Counted from the first letter of the stretch, positions 39,940 to 52,570 are shown. The stretch is DNA of 64,000 bases from an uncultured Puniceicoccaceae bacterium (GCA_963933835.1 CAWVVV010000003.1:224001-288000), one strand, 5' to 3'. Program-made: numbers and translations. The notes: generated by a model not told the origin, from the sequence alone.

Positions 39940-40521
39940 TCAATGAGCCGTATCAAACTTTGAAGCGGGTAACTTGGCCCGTTTCTTGTTTTTCAGCCTC
40001 TTCGCTAGCTTCAGCCACTGTGCCTGCGACACGATGTAGCCAACGCAACTAGGCTTTCCACAGCGGCATGTATGATCGAGGAAATGCTCGATATCGTACC
40101 CGTAATCGAAGGAGATCTCTTCGCCTTTGCGAATGTCGCTCAAGGCATAGAGGTAGAGCCGACCATCTTCATCGATCATCTCGGCATTCGGCTCACAGGT
40201 GTGGTTGATCAGTCGTGCTGGATTCCACTCCTTGTCCCCGTCGAGATCATGCGTCTCATCGAGGTCAAAAATGTAGACGGAAGCCCCACCTGTATGTTGC
40301 GACGTTTCGAAGAGCTCATTGCCTCGGCGATTCGACTCCTCTTTGTCGATGAGTTCACCGCGGTATTCAATGATCTTGCTCCCTAGACGAAGGTTTCGGG
40401 AGGTAAAGACGCCCCGTCCATGGATCTTGGAAAAGCGGATCTCACAAAAGGCGTTCACCGGTCGTGGTGAGGGCTGCTGAAAGTGATTCGAAAGCATCGG
40501 ACTGTTTTTCTGTGGGCTCAT
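39940..40521 (-). CDS. SET-domain lysine methyltransferase with post-SET Cys motif
   Basis: SKIHGRGVF, IIEYRGE, ARLINHTCEPN, GEEISFDY and CRCGKPSCVG. Confidence 0.9.
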   Translation of the reverse strand: MSPQKNSPMLSNHFQQPSPRPVNAFCEIRFSKIHGRGVFTSRNLRLGSKIIEYRGELIDKEESNRRGNELFETSQHTGGASVYIFDLDETHDLDGDKEWNPARLINHTCEPNAEMIDEDGRLYLYALSDIRKGEEISFDYGYDIEHFLDHTCRCGKPSCVGYIVSQAQWLKLAKRLKNKKRAKLPASKFDTAH

Positions 40522-40597
40522 TCGACGGGGGCAAGTTCGGAATCAAATCATCATCGGTAAACTTGCTTTAGAAATAAAAGCCCCTAGCCTCCAGAAA

Positions 40598-40948
40598 ATG
40601 TCAGAAACGACTGCAAAAGAGATTGTCGATGAGGCCACCTTTGAGTTTACGATCGGAAATCACACCGAGGCGCTCGAACTGCTCAAACGGGCAATCAGCC
40701 TTGATAACGACTGCTTCGATGCTTGGCTCGCCAAGACCGAAGTCCACTTCGACTTGAGAGACCTAGACGAAGCGCTCAGCGCGGGTGAAACGGCGCTCAA
40801 ATTGAAGCCTGAAGACGTCCATATTCAAACAAGCCTCTCTCGTATTTGGATGGAACGGGGCGACAAAGATAAAGCAGAACACTACGGCGCACAAGCACGT
40901 CTCAAAGGCTGGAAAGTCGAACTTCAGTCAGATTCCGAAGAGTCCTAA
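40598..40948 (+). CDS. TPR-repeat protein
   Basis: Consecutive TPR helices (ALELLKRAISLD..., ALSAGETALKLKP). Confidence 0.75.
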   Translation: MSETTAKEIVDEATFEFTIGNHTEALELLKRAISLDNDCFDAWLAKTEVHFDLRDLDEALSAGETALKLKPEDVHIQTSLSRIWMERGDKDKAEHYGAQARLKGWKVELQSDSEES

Positions 40949-41023
40949 GGACCGAATCCTCAGATAATTAACCCTCGACGAAAGCAGCTTCGATCCATTC
41001 GATAATGCGCTTCCCCGTTCACT

Positions 41024-42025
41024 ATGGCCACTGAAACACCGGAATTTATTCTCGAATTTGAAAGACCCCTGCGCGACCTCCAACGCCAGCTCGATGCTTT
41101 GCGCGTAACCTCAAAGGAACACTCCTTCGACGTCTCAAAAGAGGTCGCTGCGATCGAAGAACGGATCGAGGAAACAAAGCGTAACATTTACTCGAATCTG
41201 AGCCCGTGGCACCGCGTTCAACTTTCCCGCCACCCAAAGCGCCCATTCTCCTTGGATTACATCAAACTGATGTTTGAAGACTTCCAAGAGTTGCACGGCG
41301 ATAGGGTTTTCGGCGACGACCAAGCCCTTATTGGAGGCACCGCTTCTTTCGATGGGGAACCCGTCATGATCATCGCCCAACAAAAGGGTCGAGACGTGAA
41401 GGAAAACCTCCAGCGCAACTTCGGCATGCCCCACCCTGAGGGCTACCGCAAAGCTCTCCGCCTTTTCCAACTCGCCGAAAAGTTTAAACTCCCGGTGATT
41501 TGCTTTATCGATACAAAAGCTGCCTACGCAGGTGTCGGTTCGGAAGAGCGCCACGTAAGCGAGGCGATCGCGCGCAATCTTCGAGAAATGTCGATGCTCG
41601 GCGTTCCAATCGTAGGAGCCATCCTCGGCGAAGGTGGCAGTGGCGGCGCACTTGGTATCGCGGTCGTCGACCGTCTTCTCGTCCTCGAGCATGCCTACTA
41701 CTCAGTCATCCCACCTGAAGGCTGTGCAGCCATTCTTTGGCGTAATCGCGCCTTCGCAGAACAAGCCGCAGACGCCCTCAAGCTGGGCGCCCGTGAGCTG
41801 ATCAAACAGGGTATCGCTGACCTGGTTGTTGAAGAACCTCTCGGAGGTGCCCATCGCGATCCGGCAGCTGCTGCCAAAGAGCTTAAAAAGCAGATCACGA
41901 AGCAACTCAATGCGCTCAAGAAGCTGTCTAAAAAGAAGCTCCTCGACGAGCGGTACAATAAATACCGCCAAATGGGTAAATATACTGAGGAAACGATCCG
42001 CTCCCTCAGCGCAGCACAGTCTTAG
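41024..42025 (+). CDS. accA: Acetyl-CoA carboxylase carboxyltransferase alpha subunit
   Basis: LEFERP, RHPKRP, ELHGDR, FGMPHPEGYRKALR, GEGGSGGAL and YSVIPPEGCAAIL. Confidence 0.97.
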   Translation: MATETPEFILEFERPLRDLQRQLDALRVTSKEHSFDVSKEVAAIEERIEETKRNIYSNLSPWHRVQLSRHPKRPFSLDYIKLMFEDFQELHGDRVFGDDQALIGGTASFDGEPVMIIAQQKGRDVKENLQRNFGMPHPEGYRKALRLFQLAEKFKLPVICFIDTKAAYAGVGSEERHVSEAIARNLREMSMLGVPIVGAILGEGGSGGALGIAVVDRLLVLEHAYYSVIPPEGCAAILWRNRAFAEQAADALKLGARELIKQGIADLVVEEPLGGAHRDPAAAAKELKKQITKQLNALKKLSKKKLLDERYNKYRQMGKYTEETIRSLSAAQS

Positions 42026-42248
42026 AGGCGGGTCTTAACCTGTCTACTGAATAGGCCGTCGATCGACAGTCATTCAGCATCCTCAGATCGCATATATGAG
42101 ATGCCCACTAGGGCTTTCGCTCTAAGTCTTTCTACTTAGATCACGATCGTGCATTCATTAGATGCACTTGGAATAAGCTTCAATTGTGAACAAACGAAGC
42201 CCGATGCTTATATAAAGCCCTGCGAGGACGATATATTCATCAACGGCT

Positions 42249-42704
42249 ATGCTTCTGTATTCCAACACCAAAGTCCTCATTATCGAGGACGAAGAGATGT
42301 TTCGTACCATCCTGGTTCGCTACTGCCAGATGTGGGACTACTCGGTCGTGGGATCCTGCGACAATGGGCGGGATGGTCTCATCCAAACGGTACGCCTCCA
42401 GCCGGAGCTTGTTTTGATCGATATTGATATGCCTGAATACGATGGCCTAGACGTCATCGCAGCTATCCAGCTGAAAGCACCGCCGACCAAAACGATGATC
42501 ATTACGAACACCTCAAATGGCATGAATCTTCCAAAGGCGCTCAAGCTGAACGTCAGCAGCATCATCGATAAACGCACTGATTCCTTCGATAACATCGGGA
42601 AGGTGATCCCCGATGTGCTCGCTGGGAAGAAATACTTTTCGCCGACGGTCCGTGACGCCGTCCGGCGCCTCTACCCTGAGAGTGTGTCCGTCGGTACTCT
42701 ATAG
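42249..42704 (+). CDS. Stand-alone NarL-like receiver-domain protein (no HTH)
   Basis: VLIIEDE, LIDIDMP..DG; ends shortly after the GKKYFSP linker. Confidence 0.8.
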   Translation: MLLYSNTKVLIIEDEEMFRTILVRYCQMWDYSVVGSCDNGRDGLIQTVRLQPELVLIDIDMPEYDGLDVIAAIQLKAPPTKTMIITNTSNGMNLPKALKLNVSSIIDKRTDSFDNIGKVIPDVLAGKKYFSPTVRDAVRRLYPESVSVGTL

Positions 42705-43478
42705 CACGACGCGCAGGCCATCGTAAGCGAGTTCAACCTTTGGCGGTAGAACCGCACTAAAACGGTCGTGGTCGACCATGTAGGTCATATGGGTAAAGTA
42801 GGTTGCCTTGCCTTCGAGATCCGCCGCCGTAGCAAGCGCCTCATCGATCGTCATATGCGTCGGGTGTTCCATCGGGCGCAATGCATCGAGCACAATCAAA
42901 TCTGCCTCATGCGCAAGAGCTCTGCCCTCCTCCGGGACACGCTTGCAATCTGTGAAATAGGCCAGGCGCTTACCGGTTGCGTTCTCTTCAAAAACAAGTC
43001 CGAGCACGTCGACGTTTCCATGCGGAAGCAGACACTTTTTTACGGTCCCTCCAGGCAGCTCCAAAACTGAAGGCATTTCATGGAGCTTAAAAGCGGGGTA
43101 TCCGCGTGAAGCCGGTCGATCACCGATGGCGTAGGGGAATATCGCGCGGACGCGACCAAGCCCAGCCTCTGTCGAGTAGACAGGAAGTGCGCGCCCATCG
43201 CGCAAATCGATAAACCGGCGCAGATCATCCATCCCTGCGATATGATCCGCATGCCCGTGCGTAAGAATGAACGTATCGACTTTTTCGATACGGTTTTGAA
43301 TACACTGGAGTCGGAGTTCTGGCGCGGCATCGATTTGGATGTGGTGACTACCCATAATAACGTGCGCGCTCGTACGCGTCCGCCAGTTGCGCTTATCCTC
43401 AAGGTCGAGCCCCTTTGAATCATGCGCGATCATCGGAACTCCTTGAGATGTACCAGTGCCTAAGAAAACGATCTCCAT
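42699..43478 (-). CDS. MBL-fold metallo-hydrolase (PhnP-like)
   Basis: FLGTGTSQGVP, THGHADHIAGMDDLR, YFTD, HPTH and LAYDGL. Confidence 0.88.
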   Translation of the reverse strand: MEIVFLGTGTSQGVPMIAHDSKGLDLEDKRNWRTRTSAHVIMGSHHIQIDAAPELRLQCIQNRIEKVDTFILTHGHADHIAGMDDLRRFIDLRDGRALPVYSTEAGLGRVRAIFPYAIGDRPASRGYPAFKLHEMPSVLELPGGTVKKCLLPHGNVDVLGLVFEENATGKRLAYFTDCKRVPEEGRALAHEADLIVLDALRPMEHPTHMTIDEALATAADLEGKATYFTHMTYMVDHDRFSAVLPPKVELAYDGLRVVL

Positions 43479-43650
43479 TAACGACCTCATCGAGGCAAAG
43501 GCTCAGCCAATGAGCAAAGCCGAATTTTGATATTTTCGCCCCACCCACGCCAAAGCCAATGCAGCAATAGCTCGCGCTTGTATATTTCAGCCCGCAACGA
43601 CACCATCGCTAGGCTCGCCGAGGGCGCCTGACACTTAGGCTAGATAACCT

Positions 43651-44517
43651 CTAGATCTTCGTTCCGCGCTCACGTGCGACGGTGTGGAAATCTCCAAGCA
43701 AGACCTTCGTCAGTTCGCCCACAACGCCAGACCCGAGCTTACGATCATCCATTTCGACGACTGGAATCACCTCTGCGGCTGTCCCCGTGAGGAACATTTC
43801 GTCACAGGTCCAGAGCTCGTAACGGGTCAGATTCTTTTCAGAAATCTTCATTCCGCGCGCTTCCATCAAGTCAATCACCGCACCGCGAGTGATCCCCTTC
43901 AATGCACCGGCAAAAAACGGTGGAGTGAACCATTCATCGCCCTGGCGAATAAATAGGTTGTCGCCCGTACACTCGGCAACGAAACCGTCATCGTTCAACA
44001 TCACGGCCTCGAGGCAGCCCGCGGAGATGGCTTCCATCTTCGCGAGGATATTATTCAGATAATTCAGGCTCTTAACCATCGGAGGGAGCGCAGCCGGATT
44101 GATCCGCCGTGTCGCCGCCGTCACGATTTTGAGGCCCTTCTCGTAGTATTCCTCTGGATACAGTGTAATCTTGTCTGCGATGATAAAGTGGGACGGCTTC
44201 TTGCAGGTAAACGGGTTGATTCCCAGATTACCGACGCCACGAGTGATAACCTGACGGATGTAGCCGTCACGAAGCCCATTCACCCGACAAGCCTCACAGA
44301 CCGCCTCCTTCAACTCTTCGCGCGACCAAGGCAGGTCTAGCCGAATCGCCTTCGCCGAAAGCTCAAGACGATCGATATGCTCGTCCAGCATGAAGACGTT
44401 TCCGTCGTAAAGACGGATACCCTCGAAGACACCATCGCCATAGAGCAAGCCATGGTCGAAAACCGAAATTTTCGCATCCGCTTCATCCACAAATTCGCCA
44501 TCTAGAAAGACCTTCAT
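43651..44517 (-). CDS. ilvE: Branched-chain amino acid aminotransferase
   Basis: ISVFDHGLLYGDGVFEGIR, KSLNYLNN, ECTGDN, LKGITR and FLTGTAAE. Confidence 0.95.
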   Translation of the reverse strand: MKVFLDGEFVDEADAKISVFDHGLLYGDGVFEGIRLYDGNVFMLDEHIDRLELSAKAIRLDLPWSREELKEAVCEACRVNGLRDGYIRQVITRGVGNLGINPFTCKKPSHFIIADKITLYPEEYYEKGLKIVTAATRRINPAALPPMVKSLNYLNNILAKMEAISAGCLEAVMLNDDGFVAECTGDNLFIRQGDEWFTPPFFAGALKGITRGAVIDLMEARGMKISEKNLTRYELWTCDEMFLTGTAAEVIPVVEMDDRKLGSGVVGELTKVLLGDFHTVARERGTKI

Positions 44518-44672
44518 AAGTCGCCCAAGGTGAACAGCCCTCGCCCGCATGTCTAGCCGATTGACAACATCCTCCAGATTTGAGAGTTTAGTCGGCTTGT
44601 TCTTTGAGAAGGTCATATACCTTCATCACACAGCGTCATTCTTCCGTTACCTGCTTTTATGTCAAAAAAAAG

Positions 44673-45024
<352 letters not shown>

Positions 45025-45028
45025 TTTT

Positions 45029-45953
45029 AAGCGGCATACAGGGCCACTAGCCCTCATTCCTGCTCTTATCCAGTCAACTCATTGCTGGATTTGGAAGCGT
45101 AGATGTTCATACCATCGCTACGCCAACCCATCTATCCAACCTCGCTACAATCGGCCCCGCCGAAGACGCGCCCCTCCCAAATTCCTTTCGCGAAAGTGAT
45201 CTCGAAGCCGGTTGGTATTTCGAAGAGAATTTCGGCTACTACTACGCCACCTCTGAAGTCCGTGGAGGCGCCACAACCACCGGCTGGATCTATTCTCCAT
45301 GGACCGATTGGGCCTATATGCTCCCCCGAGCAGCCAATGGCAGTTTCTGGCTCTGGCACCTTGAACTGGGCTGGTGTTTCATGGGCGCCGATGTCGCCGA
45401 CTACATTTGGCTCAGCTCCGCCGGTGAATGGATCTTTTTCATCAACGACGACCCGACCGCCGCCTACTACTACAGCTTTGCCCACAATCGCTGGACCGCC
45501 TTCAGTGAGGTTCCTGCGGTCAACTTGCGAGGCTTCGATCAGTTCGTAACCGATATTTTTAATGAGGGCGTCGAAACGTATCAAATCACCCCGAATGCAG
45601 CAGGCACGGGAGGCACGTTTTCAATCAGCGGAACAGAAACATTAGGTTTAGATACCGCCAGCATCACCTTCTCGGGAACGTTCTATTTCGCCCTCCCGAG
45701 CCCGACCTCAGGCCAAGCCTCCCTCGTATTCGATATCACAAACTACGCTATAGAAGTGAGGCCCTTTAGGGGTCAGAAAATCACCTTCAATGGGACTGCC
45801 CAACAGTTCTACAACAGCTATGGGCAAACACTTCCCGACGAGCTCGAATTCAATTTGATCTTCGACCGTAAATCCAGCGGCAGCTACACCGCCGCCGCCA
45901 AATTCAATAGCACTAACCTCCTATTTGAAGACGGATCCTTCGGCCTTGAATAG
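45029..45953 (+). pseudogene. Secreted Trp-rich-repeat protein lacking a proper start
   Basis: The frame of ORF 45318 is open back to 45051 (…LLLSSQLIAG…AGWYFEENFGYYY…GWIYSPWTDWAY…FWLWHLELGW…). A signal-peptide-like KRHTGPLALI lies upstream in another frame with no ATG. Confidence 0.6.
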
Positions 45954-46049
45954 CCTTCGCCGCTTCTAGGCGAGAAGTAGCTAAATCCATCCCGAGAATT
46001 TTCCCATTCTCGATTCTTGTGCTAGCGTTCCTCTATGAAGCTCTACTAG

Positions 46050-48293
<2,244 letters not shown>

Positions 48294-48324
48294 GCGAGCA
48301 GGTTCATTCCATAGCACATTTCAC

Positions 48325-48357
48325 AGCCTGATGCTCATTTGAGCATCAGGCTTTTTT
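48325..48357 (+). terminator. Rho-independent terminator after katG
   Basis: AGCCTGATGCTCA-TT-TGAGCATCAGGCT followed by a T tract. Confidence 0.88.
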
Positions 48358-49776
48358 CTACTCACTAAGGTCGCGGCGCATATAGCGACCGAAGGCTTTC
48401 ATCACCCAAAGATGAAGGACTGCCTGCGTGGCATTGTAGAACAGCCACGGCAGCCGCGGACGATAGCCGTGAATCGCCGTCAAGAGGACCTTCCCGCCAA
48501 GGACCTGACGGAATTCGAACCGTCCAAGTGCTTCAGCATTCGCATCCGCAAGCAGGCCTCCAACGATGTAGTAGGAATCAAGATGCTCACTGCTCAGCTC
48601 CTCACTGCGGCGTAGAGAAAACAGCGGCGCCTTTAATCCAAACAATCGAATGTCACGATCGTTTCCTGACATATCAACCCGAACAAGACCTTTAAAGAAC
48701 CTGCCCAGCCACTCGAAATAGACCTCCGCACATTCAGCTGTACTTTGGGAGTGAGGCAGGTGAACTCGCTGGACTGATCGCACTCTCCGAGCCTCTCGAA
48801 TCAGCTTATTATCCTGCTTCTGCGTCCGCTCCCTTTGGTTCGGAAGCACTTGCCCGTTGTCATCAATTGAACGCTTAAGGGCGTCTTCAAATCCTTCTGC
48901 ACTGACCGAAACCTTCTCTTGCAAAGGATTAGGACGAAGGTCGAGGTCGTGTTTCAAGCTATCAACCAATGGCCCGGTGAGGGAGCGTGGACTTCCACTG
49001 AACAACTGAATCCAGAGCTTCGAAATCGAAGTCGAACGTATTGGGATGGGAATAAAGAAACGCCTCCGCCCCAGCACTGCGGCGCAACGCTGGATCATTT
49101 CTCCGTAGGTCAAAGGTTCCGGGTAACCAATGTCGTAGCTCCCTTGAGCAAAGCTTGAATCCTTCAGCGTAATCTCAAAAGCCCGAACCACGTCATCAAT
49201 CGAAATAAAGTAAGTGCGTGAATGAAGCCAACGTGGAAGCAACATCACTGGGAGGCGTCTCACGAGGTTGACCAGCATCCGCAAAGACGAACCTCCAGGC
49301 CCCACGATAATTCCCGCACGTAAAACCGTCACCGGGGTAGGATAACTCCGGAGCGTTTGTTCGACTTCATCCCGACTACGGAGATGGCCTGAGCGTTCTC
49401 CACTTGCCTCAGGTTGAAGCCCTCCAAGATAGATCAACCGTTTCACCCCACTGGCTGCGGCTGCGCGGGCGAAATTGTCTGCCAGAAGCAGGTCCAAGTC
49501 CTCAAAATTGCTCTGATTCAGTCGAGAAGATGGCAGCATCGAATGGACCAGATAAATAGCATAATCGGCCCCTTTCAAAGCATCCGTCATTTCTCGCAGT
49601 GAAAAGAGATCACAACGTATCCAACGCTCTGCCTTGTCGTTGGCCGTCGTTGAAGCACGCGTCGTGGAGCGGGTCAGCGCTATCAGGTCGTAATCCGCCC
49701 GAAGGTTTTCACGGAGAGAGGACCCGACAAAGCCTGAGGCACCTGCGAGCACTACGGTTGGGCGTTTATCTATCAT
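48358..49776 (-). CDS. NAD(P)-binding epimerase-like protein (YbjT-like) with C-terminal extension
   Basis: LAGASGFVG, AIYLVHSM, IYLGGL, HLRSRDEVE and LRAGIIVGPGGSS. Confidence 0.8.
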   Translation of the reverse strand: MIDKRPTVVLAGASGFVGSSLRENLRADYDLIALTRSTTRASTTANDKAERWIRCDLFSLREMTDALKGADYAIYLVHSMLPSSRLNQSNFEDLDLLLADNFARAAAASGVKRLIYLGGLQPEASGERSGHLRSRDEVEQTLRSYPTPVTVLRAGIIVGPGGSSLRMLVNLVRRLPVMLLPRWLHSRTYFISIDDVVRAFEITLKDSSFAQGSYDIGYPEPLTYGEMIQRCAAVLGRRRFFIPIPIRSTSISKLWIQLFSGSPRSLTGPLVDSLKHDLDLRPNPLQEKVSVSAEGFEDALKRSIDDNGQVLPNQRERTQKQDNKLIREARRVRSVQRVHLPHSQSTAECAEVYFEWLGRFFKGLVRVDMSGNDRDIRLFGLKAPLFSLRRSEELSSEHLDSYYIVGGLLADANAEALGRFEFRQVLGGKVLLTAIHGYRPRLPWLFYNATQAVLHLWVMKAFGRYMRRDLSE

Positions 49777-49890
49777 AAAAATGCCCCTGAAGAGCGTCTT
49801 AACACTGCATTGATAGTGAATCCCATAAGAGTCTTTAGGCAATCGCCATCATTCGTTTGTCTATTCTACAGAATACCTTGAAGTTGAAAA

Positions 49891-50232
49891 ATGCTTCCTT
49901 TGCTCATCGGGTTCTCTGCGCTGTCATTTTTCGGTTACGGACTGGCATGCATCTGGTCTCCGCATATGCAGATCGAGTTCACCCGCTACGGCCTTGCACG
50001 CTTCCGCGTAATGGTTGGCACACTACAGGTCTTGGGCGCTATTGGCTTACTAGTAGGACACGCTTATCCCCTAGTTACTCTGCTCGCCTCTGCCGGTCTC
50101 GCGCTCCAAATGCTTCTCGGGGTCGGCGTTCGGATTAAAATCAAAGATTCGATCCTCCAGACGACACCCGCGTTCGCTTACTTTCTGCTCAATAGCTACA
50201 TCGCGGTGGAGACCGTTCGGCTTAGCTTCTAA
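49891..50232 (+). CDS. DoxX-family membrane protein
   Basis: EFTRYGL...VGTLQVLGAIGLL...QMLLGVGVRIKIKD. Confidence 0.75.
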   Translation: MLPLLIGFSALSFFGYGLACIWSPHMQIEFTRYGLARFRVMVGTLQVLGAIGLLVGHAYPLVTLLASAGLALQMLLGVGVRIKIKDSILQTTPAFAYFLLNSYIAVETVRLSF

Positions 50233-50591
50233 AGCACAACTAGAGCTAGAGCCATCACAAGCATCAGGGTGGCCGGAAGTGAGCGCTTGGCTGGATCTTT
50301 GATTTTCAAATGCATTCCAATCGCACCAAGCATCAAGATGACGAGCAAACCAGCTGCCGGCTGAACTACCGGTTGATACCAAATCCCTGCAATCAAAGCC
50401 AAAGCGATCGCCAACTTCAAAAAGCCAACGACCCACACCATTAAAGGCGGCAGCCCATAGGCCAAAAACTCATCCCGCATACAGGTCGAATCCCCTCCCC
50501 GATAGGCAGTCGATTTTTTGTAACGGAGCATCCAGACATTCAAGAGACCACCTGCCACGACGACTTGAAGAGCAATTTTTAAGTATTCCAT
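50229..50591 (-). CDS. DoxX-family membrane protein
   Basis: LNVWMLR...YRGG...EFLAYGLP...MLGAIGMHLKIKDP. Confidence 0.8.
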   Translation of the reverse strand: MEYLKIALQVVVAGGLLNVWMLRYKKSTAYRGGDSTCMRDEFLAYGLPPLMVWVVGFLKLAIALALIAGIWYQPVVQPAAGLLVILMLGAIGMHLKIKDPAKRSLPATLMLVMALALVVL

Positions 50592-50756
50592 AAGCTTACT
50601 ATCTCACACTATTCTAGTCACACCAACCAAAGACTGGAAATTTACCCGTCGACCGAGGCGAACAAAAGCCCCCTGCCCAGAAGGATACACTTAAGTGAGT
50701 GTCGGGCCGCTTTTGAAACAGAACTCAGGCAAATCCGGCAGCGCTCAGCGACCGAC

Positions 50757-51158
50757 CTACTTCGCTAGCTCTTCAAGAATCTCGTAGCGCTTAAGAATAT
50801 CCTGCTCTGAACATTCGCAGAGATGCTCGGCCCTTTCGGGGTCTCGACGTTTGAGCATCTGGAAGCGCCCTTCGTTCGCCATAAACTCGGCGAGACTGAT
50901 CTTTGGCCTCTTTGAATCCAAGCGGAGAAGCGGTTGTCCATTTTCCTTCTTACGCGGATCAAACCGGTAGAGGGGATGCACGCCCGCGTCGACGGCCGCC
51001 TTTTGGTGGAAAAGGCCATCATCCAACCCGAAACCATGCGAGACACAATGGGCATAAGCGATAATGAGCGAAGGGCCCTCATAACTGGCGGCCTCGTTAA
51101 AGGCCTGCACGGTCTGCGTATCCTTCGCGCCTAGCGCAACTTGAGCGACATAGATGTG
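50757..51158 (-). pseudogene. C-terminal fragment of pyruvate:ferredoxin (flavodoxin) oxidoreductase (NifJ-type)
   Basis: HIYVAQVALGAKDTQTVQAFNEAASYEGPSLIIAYAHCVSHG...PLYRFDPR...LDSK...EGRF; homology starts abruptly at 51158 next to AT-rich DNA. Confidence 0.85.
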
Positions 51159-51483
51159 CTATTTTGCGCTTTATGACTTTTTTCCATACTGAGCCTATTT
51201 TGAATACCACTCGTTTAAACCAACTGCTTGCTACTATACATCAAACGCTATTGAAGGTATCCAAGCTGCAACCCTTCAAGCAATTTCTAAATATTAGGAG
51301 GTTAGAGTATCAGCAGAACACAAATAGTCTGCTGTGAGCAGGCTTAAACTCGAGTAAGCTGAAGGAAATACTATTCCTGCCGAATTCCTGTCAAAACAGG
51401 TGCATCGAAACGACTATCCCTTGCAACCCACTGCAAAGAATACCGGCATAAACACTATGCAAGCCACTATTTATCAGGGGCCA

Positions 51484-51513
51484 ACGCGGTTTCGACTCCC
51501 GCCACCTCCACCA
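51484..51513 (+). repeat. att repeat: second copy of the tmRNA 3' end
   Basis: 30 bp with one mismatch to 44993-45022. Confidence 0.92.
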
Positions 51514-51559
51514 CCTCAAACCATAAAATGCTGATTATTAGCATCTTATGGATCACATA

Positions 51560-51588
51560 GTGGCGAGTTAAAAACCCGCCACCTTTTT
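51560..51588 (+). terminator. Terminator downstream of the att copy
   Basis: GTGGCGAGTT-AAA-AACCCGCCAC followed by CTTTTT; preceded by a second hairpin at 51521-51551. Confidence 0.55.
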
Positions 51589-51869
51589 CTTGCAGGGGCA
51601 ATTTTTCATTTTGTATTTAACTCTAAATCAAGGACTTAAAGCCTTATTTACACTTAAGGATATCTGATTCAACTCCAAGGGACTAAATCTTGGGCTTAAT
51701 TATGGTGTCCCTATATATGTCCCATTTCGACAACGATTTGAAGGCATTACAATTCGTGCTTTCTGACTAGGAAACTAGGTAATTAAGTCAGATGATGAAT
51801 TTGACTTAACGCGTTCAGAGGATTTATCCGGTAATCCACTACTAATTGATTACCAGAACTGCTTCGCTG

Positions 51870-52004
51870 CGCGGTATTCATGTTTTGGCGATGGACCGGG
51901 AGTTTATCGGAAAAGATTGGTTTCGGTGGCTCAATCGTAAGGCCATCGGCTACATTGCCCAAATCAAAAGCAATACGATCATCAGTAATCAACACGCAAG
52001 ATAA
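51870..52004 (+). pseudogene. IS4-family transposase remnant
   Basis: Manual translation RGIHVLAMDREFIGKDWFRWLNRKAIGYIAQIKSNTII contains the DREF catalytic-Asp motif of IS4-type DDE transposases. Confidence 0.65.
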
Positions 52005-52090
52005 CAAAAAGTATAAAGTGTCTCATCGAATCGGCATGACACCTTTTACAGCACTGCATAGCTTAAATGCTTGACCGAGCACCTCCTCCT

Positions 52091-52111
52091 TATTGAAAGT
52101 GACTTTCATGA
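52091..52111. promoter_or_regulatory. Zur/Fur-box-like 7-1-7 palindrome
   Basis: TATTGAAAGTGACTTTCATGA contains the perfect TGAAAGT-G-ACTTTCA (52094-52108) abutting the leader ATG. Confidence 0.65.
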
Positions 52112-52491
52112 AGAGAGGAAGAAAGACGAAGTATACAAGAACCGCATCACCTGCGCGGCGCTGGGCTTCGGCTTTAATGGTAGTGCTCTTGCTAACCTTG
52201 TCTTTCGCAAGCGTCAGCCCGATCTTACATGATTGGCTTAATGCGGGCAACTCCTGCGAATCGGTTTGCAGCAGCGAATCGCATGGTTCTACGGAGGACC
52301 AAACCGTCCACGTCTGCGCGGTAGAAATTTTTGGAATGGGCGCGGACTGTCCATCTTCGATAGAGATTCCATCCGCAGCTTTGATCGAGGTCGCACAACT
52401 CTCGTCTTATTATAATTCAACTTGGGATGAGAAGAGTGTCCGCTCCCGCTGTGCACGTGCCCCACCGATTGAAAGTGTCGTTACCGCTTAG
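52108..52491 (+). CDS. DUF2946-like secreted leader peptide with Cys/His motifs and C-terminal RAPP arrest motif
   Basis: Basic N-terminus plus hydrophobic signal; LHDWL, CESVC, HVC; ends CARAPPIESVVTA; 79 bp upstream of a TonB-dependent receptor. Confidence 0.75.
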   Translation: MKRGRKTKYTRTASPARRWASALMVVLLLTLSFASVSPILHDWLNAGNSCESVCSSESHGSTEDQTVHVCAVEIFGMGADCPSSIEIPSAALIEVAQLSSYYNSTWDEKSVRSRCARAPPIESVVTA

Positions 52492-52570
52492 TCTCTAAGC
52501 ACTACACTCACCGTACCTATGCTGTGAGTGTTACTTCAACAACAACTTTCAACAACAACTTTCAATAACT

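Noticed and set aside
45103..45549. 148-aa Pro/Ser-rich ORF after ssrA
   Set aside because: Alternative frame of the Trp-rich protein, whose frame is open from 45051 and gives more protein-like sequence.
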